Assembly (NCBI RefSeq): GCF_043950625.1
Contig: NZ_CP171007.1
Strand: one strand, 5' to 3'
Length of the DNA: 32,000 nucleotides
Source: Alkanindiges sp. WGS2144
GTDB taxonomy: Bacteria > Pseudomonadota > Gammaproteobacteria > Pseudomonadales > Moraxellaceae
The position numbers and the translations under genes are program-made. The notes beneath the pieces were generated by a model. The model searched no databases. It worked only from the letters and a program-made list of their open reading frames with translations, and was not told where the DNA came from. This document shows positions 19,572-28,892 of the stretch, one piece after another (the stretch's first letter is position 1; each line of letters begins with the position of its first letter).

Positions 19572-21416
19572 TTATTCATGCAAAATTTTATACACCGTTC
19601 TGGCCAGCGCTTTACCAAAGCCAGGAACCTGGGTCAGCTCATGCTCTGATGCTTTAAGTACACCCTGAATACCACCAAAATGAGTCAACAAATCACGGCG
19701 GCGTTTTGGCCCAAGGCCCGGAATCACTTCCAATACCGAGCCACCGCGTTTCTTGTCGCGCTTGGCACGGTGCCGGGTAATGGCAAAACGGTGCGCCTCA
19801 TCGCGCACCTGCTGGATTAAATGCAGCGCCTTATTATCACTTTCCAGCTGGATTTTGTGGCCATCAGTAAAATGCAGGGTTTCCAGGCCCGGTTTGCGTC
19901 CTTCCCCTTTGGAGACGCCAATCATAAAAGCTTCCAGCCCCAGCTCCTGCATCACATCAATAGCCATTTTTAGCTGCCCTTTGCCGCCATCAATCAACAA
20001 CAAGTCCGGCAACGGTGCTTTCTTGTAACGCCGGGTTAAGGCCTGACGCATCGCGGCATAATCATCACCGGCTGTGATATCCTTGATATCAAACTGGCGG
20101 TAATCGCGCTTACGGGCACCGCCCTGATCAAATACCACACAAGAGGCCACGGGTGACTCCCCCATGGTATGGCTAATATCGAAGCATTCAATGCTATCAA
20201 CCGGACGATCTAACAGCGCCTGCAACACCGCAAAACGCTCACGCAGCTCAATATGATTGGATAATCTGGAATGCAGGGCATTTTCTGCATTCATCACTGC
20301 CAGCTCCAGCCATTCAGCGCGGGTTTCACGCACCCTGGCCTTGATTTGCAGTGCCTGCCCAAAATGCTGTTTGAGCGCCTGCTCCAGGCTTTTTTGATCC
20401 GGTAGTGGCACATTAATAATCAGCTCTTCAGGCAGCTCATCAGCAAACTGAAAGTAAAACGAAGCCATAAATTCAGACAGCGTGGCGCCACTATTTTCAT
20501 TTGGTGCAAGATCAGGAAAAAACGCCTTACCGCCCAGCATTTGTCCGTTACGCACATTCATCACCTGAATGCACACCACCCCTGCCTGCTGCACAATGGC
20601 CAGAATGTCTGCTTCACCTTTGACCTTGTATACTGCCTGCTGCGCCTGTACCTCACGCAGCAAACCAATACGGTCGCGGTAAAATACCGCCTCCTCAAAC
20701 TTAAGCTGCTCGGCAGCACGTTCCATGTTGCCAATCAACTCCTGATTCAGTTCACGGGTATCACCCTTTAAAAAGCGGATAGTATGTGCCACATCCTGTG
20801 CATAATCGTCAGGACTAACCAGCCCTACACACGGTGCACGGCAGCGTTTGATCTGATATTGCAAACAGGGCCGTTTACGCTGGGCAAAAAAGTTATTGTC
20901 GCACTGGCGCACCATAAACAGCTTTTGTAGCACCAGCAGGGTTTCCCGCGCACTGGTAGCGCTGGGATATGGCCCAAAAAACCGGCCAGCCTGATGCTGA
21001 CCCTTGCCACGTCCCGCTGCCAGACGTGGATAAGGCCTATCGGCTGACACAAAAATATATAAATACGACTTATCATCGCGCAGCAAGATATTATAGGGCG
21101 GTCGATGCTGCTTGATCAGGTTTTGTTCTAGCAGTAATGCTTCGGTTTCGCTACGCACTACAATGGTTTCGATATGCACTATCCGCGCAACCAGTGCCCG
21201 CGTTTTAGGGTGGTCAATGGTTTTGACAAAATAACTGGATACCCGGTTTTTCAGGTTTTTGGCCTTGCCCACATACAATAGCTCACCCTTTGCCCCGATC
21301 ATTTTATAAATGCCAGGCAAATTGGGCAGATGTGTAAGAATGGTACGGATATTGGTGTCAATATCCTCGCGCGACAAATATTCGCGACTTTGGGGAGGAT
21401 TCAAGGCGTTTATCAT
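19572..21416 (-). CDS. uvrC: Excinuclease ABC subunit C
   Basis: 614 aa with a GIY-YIG N-terminus ([29 protein letters not shown]), a UVR domain, an endonuclease V-like domain and a C-terminal helix-hairpin-helix pair. Confidence 0.93.
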   Translation of the reverse strand: MINALNPPQSREYLSREDIDTNIRTILTHLPNLPGIYKMIGAKGELLYVGKAKNLKNRVSSYFVKTIDHPKTRALVARIVHIETIVVRSETEALLLEQNLIKQHRPPYNILLRDDKSYLYIFVSADRPYPRLAAGRGKGQHQAGRFFGPYPSATSARETLLVLQKLFMVRQCDNNFFAQRKRPCLQYQIKRCRAPCVGLVSPDDYAQDVAHTIRFLKGDTRELNQELIGNMERAAEQLKFEEAVFYRDRIGLLREVQAQQAVYKVKGEADILAIVQQAGVVCIQVMNVRNGQMLGGKAFFPDLAPNENSGATLSEFMASFYFQFADELPEELIINVPLPDQKSLEQALKQHFGQALQIKARVRETRAEWLELAVMNAENALHSRLSNHIELRERFAVLQALLDRPVDSIECFDISHTMGESPVASCVVFDQGGARKRDYRQFDIKDITAGDDYAAMRQALTRRYKKAPLPDLLLIDGGKGQLKMAIDVMQELGLEAFMIGVSKGEGRKPGLETLHFTDGHKIQLESDNKALHLIQQVRDEAHRFAITRHRAKRDKKRGGSVLEVIPGLGPKRRRDLLTHFGGIQGVLKASEHELTQVPGFGKALARTVYKILHE

Positions 21417-21522
21417 TCCCTATATCTAGGGTTAACTGGCTAAAATTCAAGCACAAATCAGATTTAATTCATGCTTAAACTTTAACATTCGTCTAACAAC
21501 AGCCGACACAAAAGGCTTTAAA

Positions 21523-22431
21523 TCAGGCAAAGAAGATCAGATAAAAAATTCCGGCAAAAATCAGCCATTTGAGCAGATAATATAGCTCACGATTGGTTTT
21601 CTTCAGGTCTTTGGCACGCAAACGCACCTGATATAAATAGCGAAAGGCTTTGTTAATCCCACCGGTTTGATCACCTACTTCATTGGGTGAGCTGGCGGCA
21701 GTCATCACATTTTTGGAAAACCAGCGATTAAAACCCGCCACCAGTTTGGAGCTTAAGGGTCGCTCTACATCACAAAACAGGATAATCCGGTTCTGGTCAG
21801 TGGCATTTTCTGCATAGTGCATAAAGGTTTCATCAAATACTACACTTTGTCCGTCACGCCAGCTATAACGTTCACCATCCACTTCAATAAAACAGCGGTC
21901 ATCGTTTGGTGTTACCAGACCCAAATGATAACGCAGTGAACCGGCATAGGGATCACGATGACGCACCAGACGGCTACCCGGCGGCAACTCGGTAAACATG
22001 GCGGCCTTAATGGTTGGTAGGGTTTTAAGTAGCGCCGTGGTTTTAGGGCACAGTTCAGCCGCTGAGGGATGATGGCTGTCATACCATTTTAGATAAAAAC
22101 GCTTCCAGCCGGTTTTAAAAAATGAGTTAAAACCGGCATCGTTATAGGTATCCGAGGCTTTGATTTCGCCCTGTTGTGACAAGTTTTGTGCTTCATCACG
22201 AATCATTTGCCAGTTGGCATCCAGCACTGCCAGATCATCTAAGTGACTGGCTTTGGCATCAATATAGGGCTGGTTTGGCACTTTGGAAAACAGATACATC
22301 CAGATATTAATCGGCGCCATAATAGTGGAATGATCCAGAATCTGACGCTTTAACGGCTGCTTGACCTTGCCGCGTCGCTGTACATAAATGGCTGACACCA
22401 CAAAAATGGCCAGAACAATCCACTTGATCAT
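21523..22431 (-). CDS. lpxO: Aspartyl/asparaginyl beta-hydroxylase family protein (LpxO-like lipid A hydroxylase)
   Basis: 302 aa with N- and C-terminal TM anchors around a dioxygenase core (LVRHRDPYAGSLRYHLGL...FDETFMHYAENAT). This is the same length and topology I recall for Salmonella LpxO. Confidence 0.7.
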   Translation of the reverse strand: MIKWIVLAIFVVSAIYVQRRGKVKQPLKRQILDHSTIMAPINIWMYLFSKVPNQPYIDAKASHLDDLAVLDANWQMIRDEAQNLSQQGEIKASDTYNDAGFNSFFKTGWKRFYLKWYDSHHPSAAELCPKTTALLKTLPTIKAAMFTELPPGSRLVRHRDPYAGSLRYHLGLVTPNDDRCFIEVDGERYSWRDGQSVVFDETFMHYAENATDQNRIILFCDVERPLSSKLVAGFNRWFSKNVMTAASSPNEVGDQTGGINKAFRYLYQVRLRAKDLKKTNRELYYLLKWLIFAGIFYLIFFA

Positions 22432-22694
22432 TGAGCACCTGCTTCAAGCTGCCTAAAAAACTGGCGTGATTCTAGCACTAGCTGTTAAAAATTAATCCAG
22501 GTTTAAGAAAATTTGGTTTTTTAAATCTCCCAAATTAACAATTCGTGACCATTGCGTCATCAACTAAGCAATATCTATTGTCATTTTGTCCTCATCTTGG
22601 CGTAAACTTGGAAAAATTTTTGCTGCCATTGTTGTTAACGTAGCAACGGCGTTCCACGTCAACTTACAAGTCCTCCAAAATAGGAGATCAGGGC

Positions 22695-24848
22695 ATGATC
22701 CACTCTGGCAATGCCATTACCGTCCAAATGCTGTCGGACGGAATAGCAGAATTTCGCTTTGACCTGCAAGGCGAATCCGTCAATAAGTTTAACCGTGCAA
22801 CGGTTGAAGATTTCTCGGCCGCAATTGCTGCGGTTAAAGCCAATAGCGATGTTAAAGGCTTGATCGTTACCAGCGCCAAATCTACCTTTATTGTTGGTGC
22901 AGATATCACTGAATTTGGTGATAACTTTGCACAGGGCGAAGCGGCCATTGCTGAATGGCTAGGCCCCGTTAACAATATTTTCTCCAGCTTTGAAGACCTA
23001 GATCTACCTAAAGTTGCTGCCATTAATGGTATTGCCTTTGGTGGCGGTTTTGAGCTGTGCTTAACCTGTGACTACCGTGTGGCTTCAACTGCCGCTCAGG
23101 TTGGTCTGCCAGAAGTAAAACTGGGCCTGTTCCCAGGCTTTGGCGGTACAGTTCGCTTAAGTCGCCTGATCGGTATTGATAATGCCGTTGAATGGATTGC
23201 CGCTGGCGCACCGAAAAAACCGGATGCTGCACTAAAAGATGGTGCGGTTGATGCCGTGGTCGCGCCTGAAAAACTGCAAGATGCTGCCATTGACTTGGTT
23301 AAACAAGCCATTGCGGGCAAACTGGACTGGCAAGCACGCCGCCAGGAAAAACTTGAGCCGGTTAAACTTAACCCATTAGAACAAATGATGGCGTTTAACA
23401 GCTCCAAAGGCGTAGTACTGTCCAAGGCTAACCCAGCCCAATATCCAGCGCCTAAACTGGTATTAGATACCATGCAGGCCGGTGCCAGCCTGAACCGTGA
23501 CGAAGCCTTAAAAGTAGAAGCACAAGGCTTTGCCAAAGCAGCGGTTACCCCTCAGGCAGGTGCGTTAATTGGCCTGTTCCTCAATGATCAAGCGGTTAAA
23601 AAGATCAGCAAGAAGCACGAAAAAGGTGCTCATCCGGTGAACATGGCAGCAGTGTTAGGCGCTGGTATCATGGGTGGCGGTATTGCCTATCAGGCAGCCA
23701 GCAAAGGCACGCCAATTATCATGAAGGATATTGGTAATCCGCAACTGGCGCTGGGCATGAAAGAAGCCAACACCCTGCTGACCAAGCAGGTTGAGCGCAA
23801 AAAAATGAAGCCGGCGCAAATGGGTGAAACACTGGCGCGTATCCGCCCAACCTTAAGCTATGATGAGTTTAAGGACGTGGATATTGTGATTGAAGCAGTG
23901 ACCGAAAATCCAAAAATCAAGGAAGCAGTGCTGGCCGATACTGAAAAAGCAGTACGTGACAACACCATTATTGCCTCCAACACCTCAACCATTTCCATTA
24001 CCCGTCTGGCGAGCGCGTTACAGCGTCCAGAAAACTTTGTGGGCATGCACTTTTTCAACCCGGTACACATGATGCCACTGGTTGAAGTGATTCGTGGTGA
24101 AAAAACATCTGATGAAGCCATTGCTACTACCGTCGTACTGGCACAAAAAATGGGCAAAACCCCAATCGTGGTCAACGACTGCCCGGGCTTTTTGGTGAAC
24201 CGTGTGCTGTTCCCTTACTTTGGCGCGTTTGACCTGTTGTTAAAAGACGGTGCCGACTTCCAGCAAGTGGATAAAGTGATGGAGCGCTTTGGCTGGCCAA
24301 TGGGTCCCGCTTACCTGATTGACGTGGTGGGCATTGATACGGGTGTACATGGCGCACAGGTGATGGCCGAAGGCTTCCCTGACCGCATGAAGCCTGATTA
24401 TAAGGGCGCGATTGAAATCATGTACGACAACAAGCGTCTGGGCCAGAAAAACGATATCGGCTTTTATAAGTACGAACTGGACAAGAAGGGCAAAAAAGCC
24501 AAGAAAGCTGATCCGGCGTCTTATGAGCTGATAGCACCGATGATTACTGGCGAAAAGCGCGAGTTTGACGATCAGGAAATTATTGACCGTATGATGCTGA
24601 CTTTCTGTAACGAGACTGTTCGTTGCCTGGAAGACAACATTGTCGCTACCCCTGCTGAGGCCGATATGGCCATGATTATGGGCGTTGGTTTCCCACCATT
24701 CCGTGGTGGCCCATGCCGTTATATCGACCAGACTGGCGTGGCTGAATATGTGGCCAAATGCGATAAATATGCCCACCTTGGCAAAGCTTATGAAGCGCCG
24801 CAAATGCTGCGTGACATGGCGGCCAACAACAAGAAATTTTACGGTTAA
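22695..24848 (+). CDS. fadB: Fatty acid oxidation complex subunit alpha (enoyl-CoA hydratase / 3-hydroxyacyl-CoA dehydrogenase)
   Basis: 717 aa with an N-terminal crotonase fold ([25 protein letters not shown]) and the Rossmann motif [18 protein letters not shown] Shine-Dalgarno lies 8 nt upstream. Confidence 0.95.
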   Translation: MIHSGNAITVQMLSDGIAEFRFDLQGESVNKFNRATVEDFSAAIAAVKANSDVKGLIVTSAKSTFIVGADITEFGDNFAQGEAAIAEWLGPVNNIFSSFEDLDLPKVAAINGIAFGGGFELCLTCDYRVASTAAQVGLPEVKLGLFPGFGGTVRLSRLIGIDNAVEWIAAGAPKKPDAALKDGAVDAVVAPEKLQDAAIDLVKQAIAGKLDWQARRQEKLEPVKLNPLEQMMAFNSSKGVVLSKANPAQYPAPKLVLDTMQAGASLNRDEALKVEAQGFAKAAVTPQAGALIGLFLNDQAVKKISKKHEKGAHPVNMAAVLGAGIMGGGIAYQAASKGTPIIMKDIGNPQLALGMKEANTLLTKQVERKKMKPAQMGETLARIRPTLSYDEFKDVDIVIEAVTENPKIKEAVLADTEKAVRDNTIIASNTSTISITRLASALQRPENFVGMHFFNPVHMMPLVEVIRGEKTSDEAIATTVVLAQKMGKTPIVVNDCPGFLVNRVLFPYFGAFDLLLKDGADFQQVDKVMERFGWPMGPAYLIDVVGIDTGVHGAQVMAEGFPDRMKPDYKGAIEIMYDNKRLGQKNDIGFYKYELDKKGKKAKKADPASYELIAPMITGEKREFDDQEIIDRMMLTFCNETVRCLEDNIVATPAEADMAMIMGVGFPPFRGGPCRYIDQTGVAEYVAKCDKYAHLGKAYEAPQMLRDMAANNKKFYG

Positions 24849-26036
<1,188 letters not shown>

Positions 26037-26055
26037 GGTTCGATAAAACTGTGAG

Positions 26056-26085
26056 AAAACCCTCGCTAAATGCGGGGGTTTTTTA
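26056..26085 (+). terminator. Intrinsic terminator of fadBA
   Basis: aaaACCCTCGCtaaatGCGGGGGTttttt. An 8-bp stem with one G-U pair (26059-26066 / 26072-26079) is followed by a T-run. Confidence 0.8.
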
Positions 26086-26263
26086 TTAATAAATGTCTAT
26101 AAAAGAACAGTTAGATGGTCACAGAAGTAATATTTTAAACAGAACTTGACGGATGGCGTAAAATCTTTGGGCAATAACACACTGATTATTATAAAAATTT
26201 TTTATCTCACGCTCGCTAATTCTTCTCTACGCTTGAATGAATTGCAAATGTTGAGTTAGTCTA

Positions 26264-26293
26264 TTGACAGGAGGTGAAAAACATAGATATGAT
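26264..26293 (+). promoter_or_regulatory. Sigma70-like promoter for the 166-aa orphan gene
   Basis: TTGACA (26264-26269), an 18-nt spacer and TATGAT (26288-26293). The predicted start is near 26300, giving a 5' UTR of about 140 nt. Confidence 0.45.
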
Positions 26294-26308
26294 AAGCACA
26301 TACAGAAA

Positions 26309-26356
26309 AGAGATTATACCTAGCTCAACTTCCACATATCACTAAGTATAATCTCT
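26309..26356. repeat. Perfect 11-bp inverted repeat (AGAGATTATAC ... GTATAATCTCT) with a 26-nt spacer
   Basis: Read directly: arms at 26309-26319 and 26346-26356. Each arm carries TATAAT when read outward. It lies at the 5' end of the predicted UTR, so it could be an RNA hairpin or a DNA operator. Confidence 0.9.
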
Positions 26357-26440
26357 CGGCTTCTATCGTATTAAGGATATTTAATTAGCTTAGGCTAACC
26401 CTTAATTTTAGGTAAAAACAAAGACACCACGGGGGTATCT

Positions 26441-26941
26441 ATGTCTAATAATATAGATGAACAAATAAAATTTGTCAAGGAGCAGGCTGCTTTTCAAGCA
26501 GACAAGGCTCATTTCTATGCGAAAAGCAACGATCTCTCACGCTCGAACCAATACGAAAAGAGAAAAGAAACCTTCTCACAAATTGCTCGAAGTCTGGCGT
26601 CGATACGCTCGATCGACTCTCCCCTTTACGTTACCCCTGATGATTTAATCGGATTACCCAAAGAGCTTATCCAAGCACTAAATCTCACCGAGTCGGATAA
26701 GAAAGATTTCTACTTACTTAATTTAATTAAAAAACTAGGGGGTAAGATAGGCTTAGATAAGTTAATGATCGCCATTTACCGGGATAGCGGCGAGATTTAT
26801 GATCGAACTAAATTAATGGCACGCCTGTACAGAATGTCTGTCAAAGGCCTCATCTACACCCACCCTAGTAAGAAGGGGCAATACTCTTTGCAACCGTGGG
26901 AAATTGATGAACAAAACGACGAGGAAACAGAGGAGGAATAA
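26441..26941 (+). CDS. Hypothetical protein: helical N-terminus, winged-helix-like C-terminal domain, acidic tail
   Basis: A 166-codon open frame in DNA of about 32-35% GC, where stop codons are frequent, argues for real coding. GGGGG lies 6 nt upstream of the ATG. I recognise no family. Residues about 85-150 (KKDFYLLNLIKKLGGKIGLDKLMIAIYRDSGEIYDRTKLMARLYRMSVKGLIYTHPSKKGQYSL) look like a wHTH. The C-terminus is DEQNDEETEEE. Confidence 0.7.
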   Translation: MSNNIDEQIKFVKEQAAFQADKAHFYAKSNDLSRSNQYEKRKETFSQIARSLASIRSIDSPLYVTPDDLIGLPKELIQALNLTESDKKDFYLLNLIKKLGGKIGLDKLMIAIYRDSGEIYDRTKLMARLYRMSVKGLIYTHPSKKGQYSLQPWEIDEQNDEETEEE

Positions 26942-26954
26942 ATATGGAAAGTTG

Positions 26955-26994
26955 AAAAACAAAAAACCTAAGTGTTTGCACTTAGGTCGTTTGT
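26955..26994. terminator. Hairpin terminator-like element, stronger in the minus-strand sense
   Basis: The stem is CCTAAGTG/CACTTAGG (26967-26974 / 26979-26986) with loop tttg. On the plus strand it is followed by tcgtttgtgg, a weak U-tract. On the minus strand it is followed by ttttttgtttttc, a strong U-tract. Confidence 0.6.
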
Positions 26995-27139
26995 GGGGTA
27001 AACCCAATACATACCTTGACAATTAAGTCAAAGCCTGTACTTAAAGCGTAGGAACTTTAGTATATAGGGTTTTTCTTAAGCTGTCTCTAGGTTTGTGTAG
27101 AGTTTATTAAAAGAAACTCAGCATATGAGGAGGCAGAGC

Positions 27140-27250
27140 ATGATTTTGTGCGGCTACCCTAAGGCTGTGCATGTTCGCAAGTACTGGCGTTTCCGTTTAG
27201 GACGTTGGGAACAGGTCTGTGAACATTGCCGCAGCTATCCAAAATCTTAA
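27140..27250 (+). CDS. Putative 36-aa basic Cys/His micro-protein (MILCGYPKAVHVRKYWRFRLGRWEQVCEHCRSYPKS)
   Basis: Below the 60-aa track cutoff, so I found it by eye. GAGGAGG (27127-27133) lies 6 nt before the ATG. The TAA at 27248-27250 is followed 9 nt later by a strong terminator. An in-frame ATG at 27125 would add MRRQS. Local GC is 53/111, higher than its surroundings. Confidence 0.5.
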   Translation: MILCGYPKAVHVRKYWRFRLGRWEQVCEHCRSYPKS

Positions 27251-27255
27251 AAGAT

Positions 27256-27287
27256 TTTAATCCCCGCTGAGTGCGGGGATTTTTTTA
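27256..27287. terminator. Bidirectional intrinsic terminator shared by the micro-ORF (+) and vapC (-)
   Basis: The stem is ATCCCCGC/GCGGGGAT (27260-27267 / 27273-27280) with loop tgagt, followed by T6 on the plus strand. On the minus strand it is followed by ttaaaatctt. The vapC stop codon (27285-27287) sits in the T-run. Confidence 0.8.
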
Positions 27288-27692
27288 TAACTGCACCCAA
27301 TTCTCAAGCCCTAACCCTTCTACTCGACAAAATTCCTGCGTATTGTTCGTCACCAAAATTAAATCACTTGCTCGTGCATGGGCAGCAATCCACAAATCAT
27401 TGGCACCAATAATCTGCCCCCGCCGTGCCAGCGTATTTCTAATTTGCCCATAATGTTCTGCTGCTTTATTGCTTAACGGTAGAACTGGAATCAAGCGTAC
27501 CAGTTGCTCAAACTCCTGTAGCACCCTTTGTGTATGCTGACTTTTATAAGCCCCATACTGTAACTCGCCCCAAGTAATTTGTGAAATCACTGCCTCACCA
27601 ATACTTAAGATTCTAAATTTTTCTAATACCTCAACTGGCTTATTCTTTTTAATATAAATGCATATATTAGTGTCTAGCATATAAGTGGCCAT
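27285..27692 (-). CDS. vapC: Type II toxin VapC (PIN-domain ribonuclease)
   Basis: MATYMLDTNICIYIKKNKP...GELQYGAYKS...ANDLWIAAHARASDLILVTNNTQEF carries the PIN acidic residues (D in MLDTN, E in GEL, D in NDLW, the VTNN-x-EF motif). It is close to my memory of Shigella/Salmonella VapC (MvpT). I place the start at ATG 27692, which overlaps the vapB TGA by 1 nt. A GTG at 27695 is also possible. Confidence 0.9.
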   Translation of the reverse strand: MATYMLDTNICIYIKKNKPVEVLEKFRILSIGEAVISQITWGELQYGAYKSQHTQRVLQEFEQLVRLIPVLPLSNKAAEHYGQIRNTLARRGQIIGANDLWIAAHARASDLILVTNNTQEFCRVEGLGLENWVQL

Positions 27693-27925
27693 CACAGATC
27701 TTCGCGCTCCTGTAAACGTAAATCTTCTCGTCCCTCAGCAAAGAAGTCATCGGGTAAGTCGGACAGAATATTAAATGCTTGCTCTAAATTACTGGCAGGC
27801 TTTCTAAGCACGAGTTCATCGCCACGCTGAAAAATTTCCAGTTCATCAACATCCACCCGAAATGCCTTCGGCAAACGCACAGCTTGACTATTGCCAGATT
27901 TAAACACACGCGCAATATGGTTCAT
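27692..27925 (-). CDS. vapB: Type II antitoxin VapB (AbrB/SpoVT-type DNA-binding domain)
   Basis: 77 aa with the N-terminal ARVFKSGNSQAVRLPKAFRV swapped-hairpin motif and an acidic C-terminal tail. It is translationally coupled to vapC. Confidence 0.9.
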   Translation of the reverse strand: MNHIARVFKSGNSQAVRLPKAFRVDVDELEIFQRGDELVLRKPASNLEQAFNILSDLPDDFFAEGREDLRLQEREDL

Positions 27926-27953
27926 GACTTGCCCCCGTTTTGTACATACGTCA

Positions 27954-27986
27954 AGTATATACTATAGTCATTCAAATATAAATCAA
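27954..27986 (-). promoter_or_regulatory. Putative vapBC promoter with an overlapping palindromic operator
   Basis: The minus strand has TTGATT (27986-27981), a 16-nt spacer and TAGTAT (27964-27959). The perfect 10-bp palindrome AGTATATACT (27954-27963) overlaps the -10 element. TGTACA lies just downstream. Confidence 0.4.
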
Positions 27987-28093
27987 CTCAGTGTAGGACT
28001 ATGTCAGTAAGGTTAGCTTTTACAATAAGCCATTCAACTTAGAACTGACTCATTTAAAGTGAGTTTATACAGTCCTAAGTATATAACACGACA

Positions 28094-28825
28094 ATGAGAG
28101 CAATCCTGATGAACCCTGTACGCATCGACATCTGGTCAGACGTGGTCTGCCCCTTCTGTTATATCGGTAAAAAACGCCTTGAGAACGTCGCCCGTGATGC
28201 TGACATTGATATTGACGTACATTGGCACAGCTATGAGCTAGACCCCAATGCACCTGCCAGCCATGGCAGCTCCAATACCGAACGTCTTGCCAAAAAATAT
28301 GGTAAAAGTGTGGCAGAGATGGAGCAGTTCCAACGGCAAATGGCCGACATGGCACGTGATGAGGGCATTGATTTTCAATGGCAACAAGCCAAGTCTGGCA
28401 ATTCCTTTAACGCACATCGCATTATTCACCTTGCTACTAGCAAAGGCTTAGGTGATGCCACGCAAGAGGCGTTTTTTTATGCCTATATGACTGAAGGCCT
28501 AGCCATTGGTGAACGTAATGTAGTGGAACAAGTCGCTGCGCGGATTGGCTTAAACCCTGATGAGGTCAAAGCCGTGCTAGATTCTGATCGTTTTGAACAG
28601 GAAGTGCGCATGGATGAGCAAATTGCACGTGAGCAACTGGAGATTAGTGGTGTGCCATTTTTTGTATTTAATCAAAAAATTGGTTTGTCTGGCGCGCAAC
28701 CGCGAGAGGTATTCTTGCAAGCATTACAACAGGCGGGTGATGCGCATAACAGTGTAGATATGAGTCAGGATCAAACCGCGCCACTGTGTGATGATAATTC
28801 ATGCGAAGTGCCTGAACAGAAATAA
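28094..28825 (+). CDS. DsbA-family (FrnE-like) thiol-disulfide oxidoreductase
   Basis: 243 aa with IDIWSDVVCPFCYIGKKRLE (the CPFC active site at the N-terminus of a thioredoxin-like fold) and GVPFFVFN later on. There is no signal peptide, so it is probably cytoplasmic. The start could be ATG 28109. Confidence 0.8.
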   Translation: MRAILMNPVRIDIWSDVVCPFCYIGKKRLENVARDADIDIDVHWHSYELDPNAPASHGSSNTERLAKKYGKSVAEMEQFQRQMADMARDEGIDFQWQQAKSGNSFNAHRIIHLATSKGLGDATQEAFFYAYMTEGLAIGERNVVEQVAARIGLNPDEVKAVLDSDRFEQEVRMDEQIAREQLEISGVPFFVFNQKIGLSGAQPREVFLQALQQAGDAHNSVDMSQDQTAPLCDDNSCEVPEQK

Positions 28826-28892
28826 AAGATCTACCCTTAAAATTCTCTATGCAACCGAGAGGTTTAATGGCTCAAAAATCTTGTTGATAAGT

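Noticed and set aside
26289-26345. A 17-codon upstream ORF (MISTYRKEIIPSSTSTYH). It spans the left arm of the 11-bp inverted repeat and stops exactly at the right arm, which is suggestive of leader-peptide attenuation.
   Set aside because: Its ATG sits inside the -10 hexamer (tATGat) of the best promoter, so it would not be on that transcript. The AGGAGG upstream is about 13 nt away, which is too far. I kept the inverted repeat as an observation but not the leader-peptide model.
27085-27119. Two mutually exclusive short hairpins in the micro-ORF 5' region: CTCTA/TAGAG at 27085-27102 and GAGTTT/AAACTC at 27100-27119. They share GAG, which suggests a riboswitch-like toggle.
   Set aside because: The stems are only 5-6 bp and AT-rich. 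In AT-rich DNA such pairings are expected by chance. This is not enough to call a regulatory switch.
26040-28093. A search for direct repeats, att-like sites or inverted terminal repeats bounding the AT-rich islet.
   Set aside because: The best matches were a 7-mer (ataacac) and a gapped agaact(t)gac, both at chance level. I therefore do not call the islet a mobile element. Only its compositional and gene-content distinctness is claimed.
28065-28429. Minus-strand ORFs at 28065-28355 (96 aa) and 28238-28429 (63 aa), and the plus-strand ORF at 28248-28451.
   Set aside because: They overlap the DsbA-like gene, which has a clear CPFC thioredoxin-fold signature. Their translations are Cys/His/Arg/Trp-rich noise.
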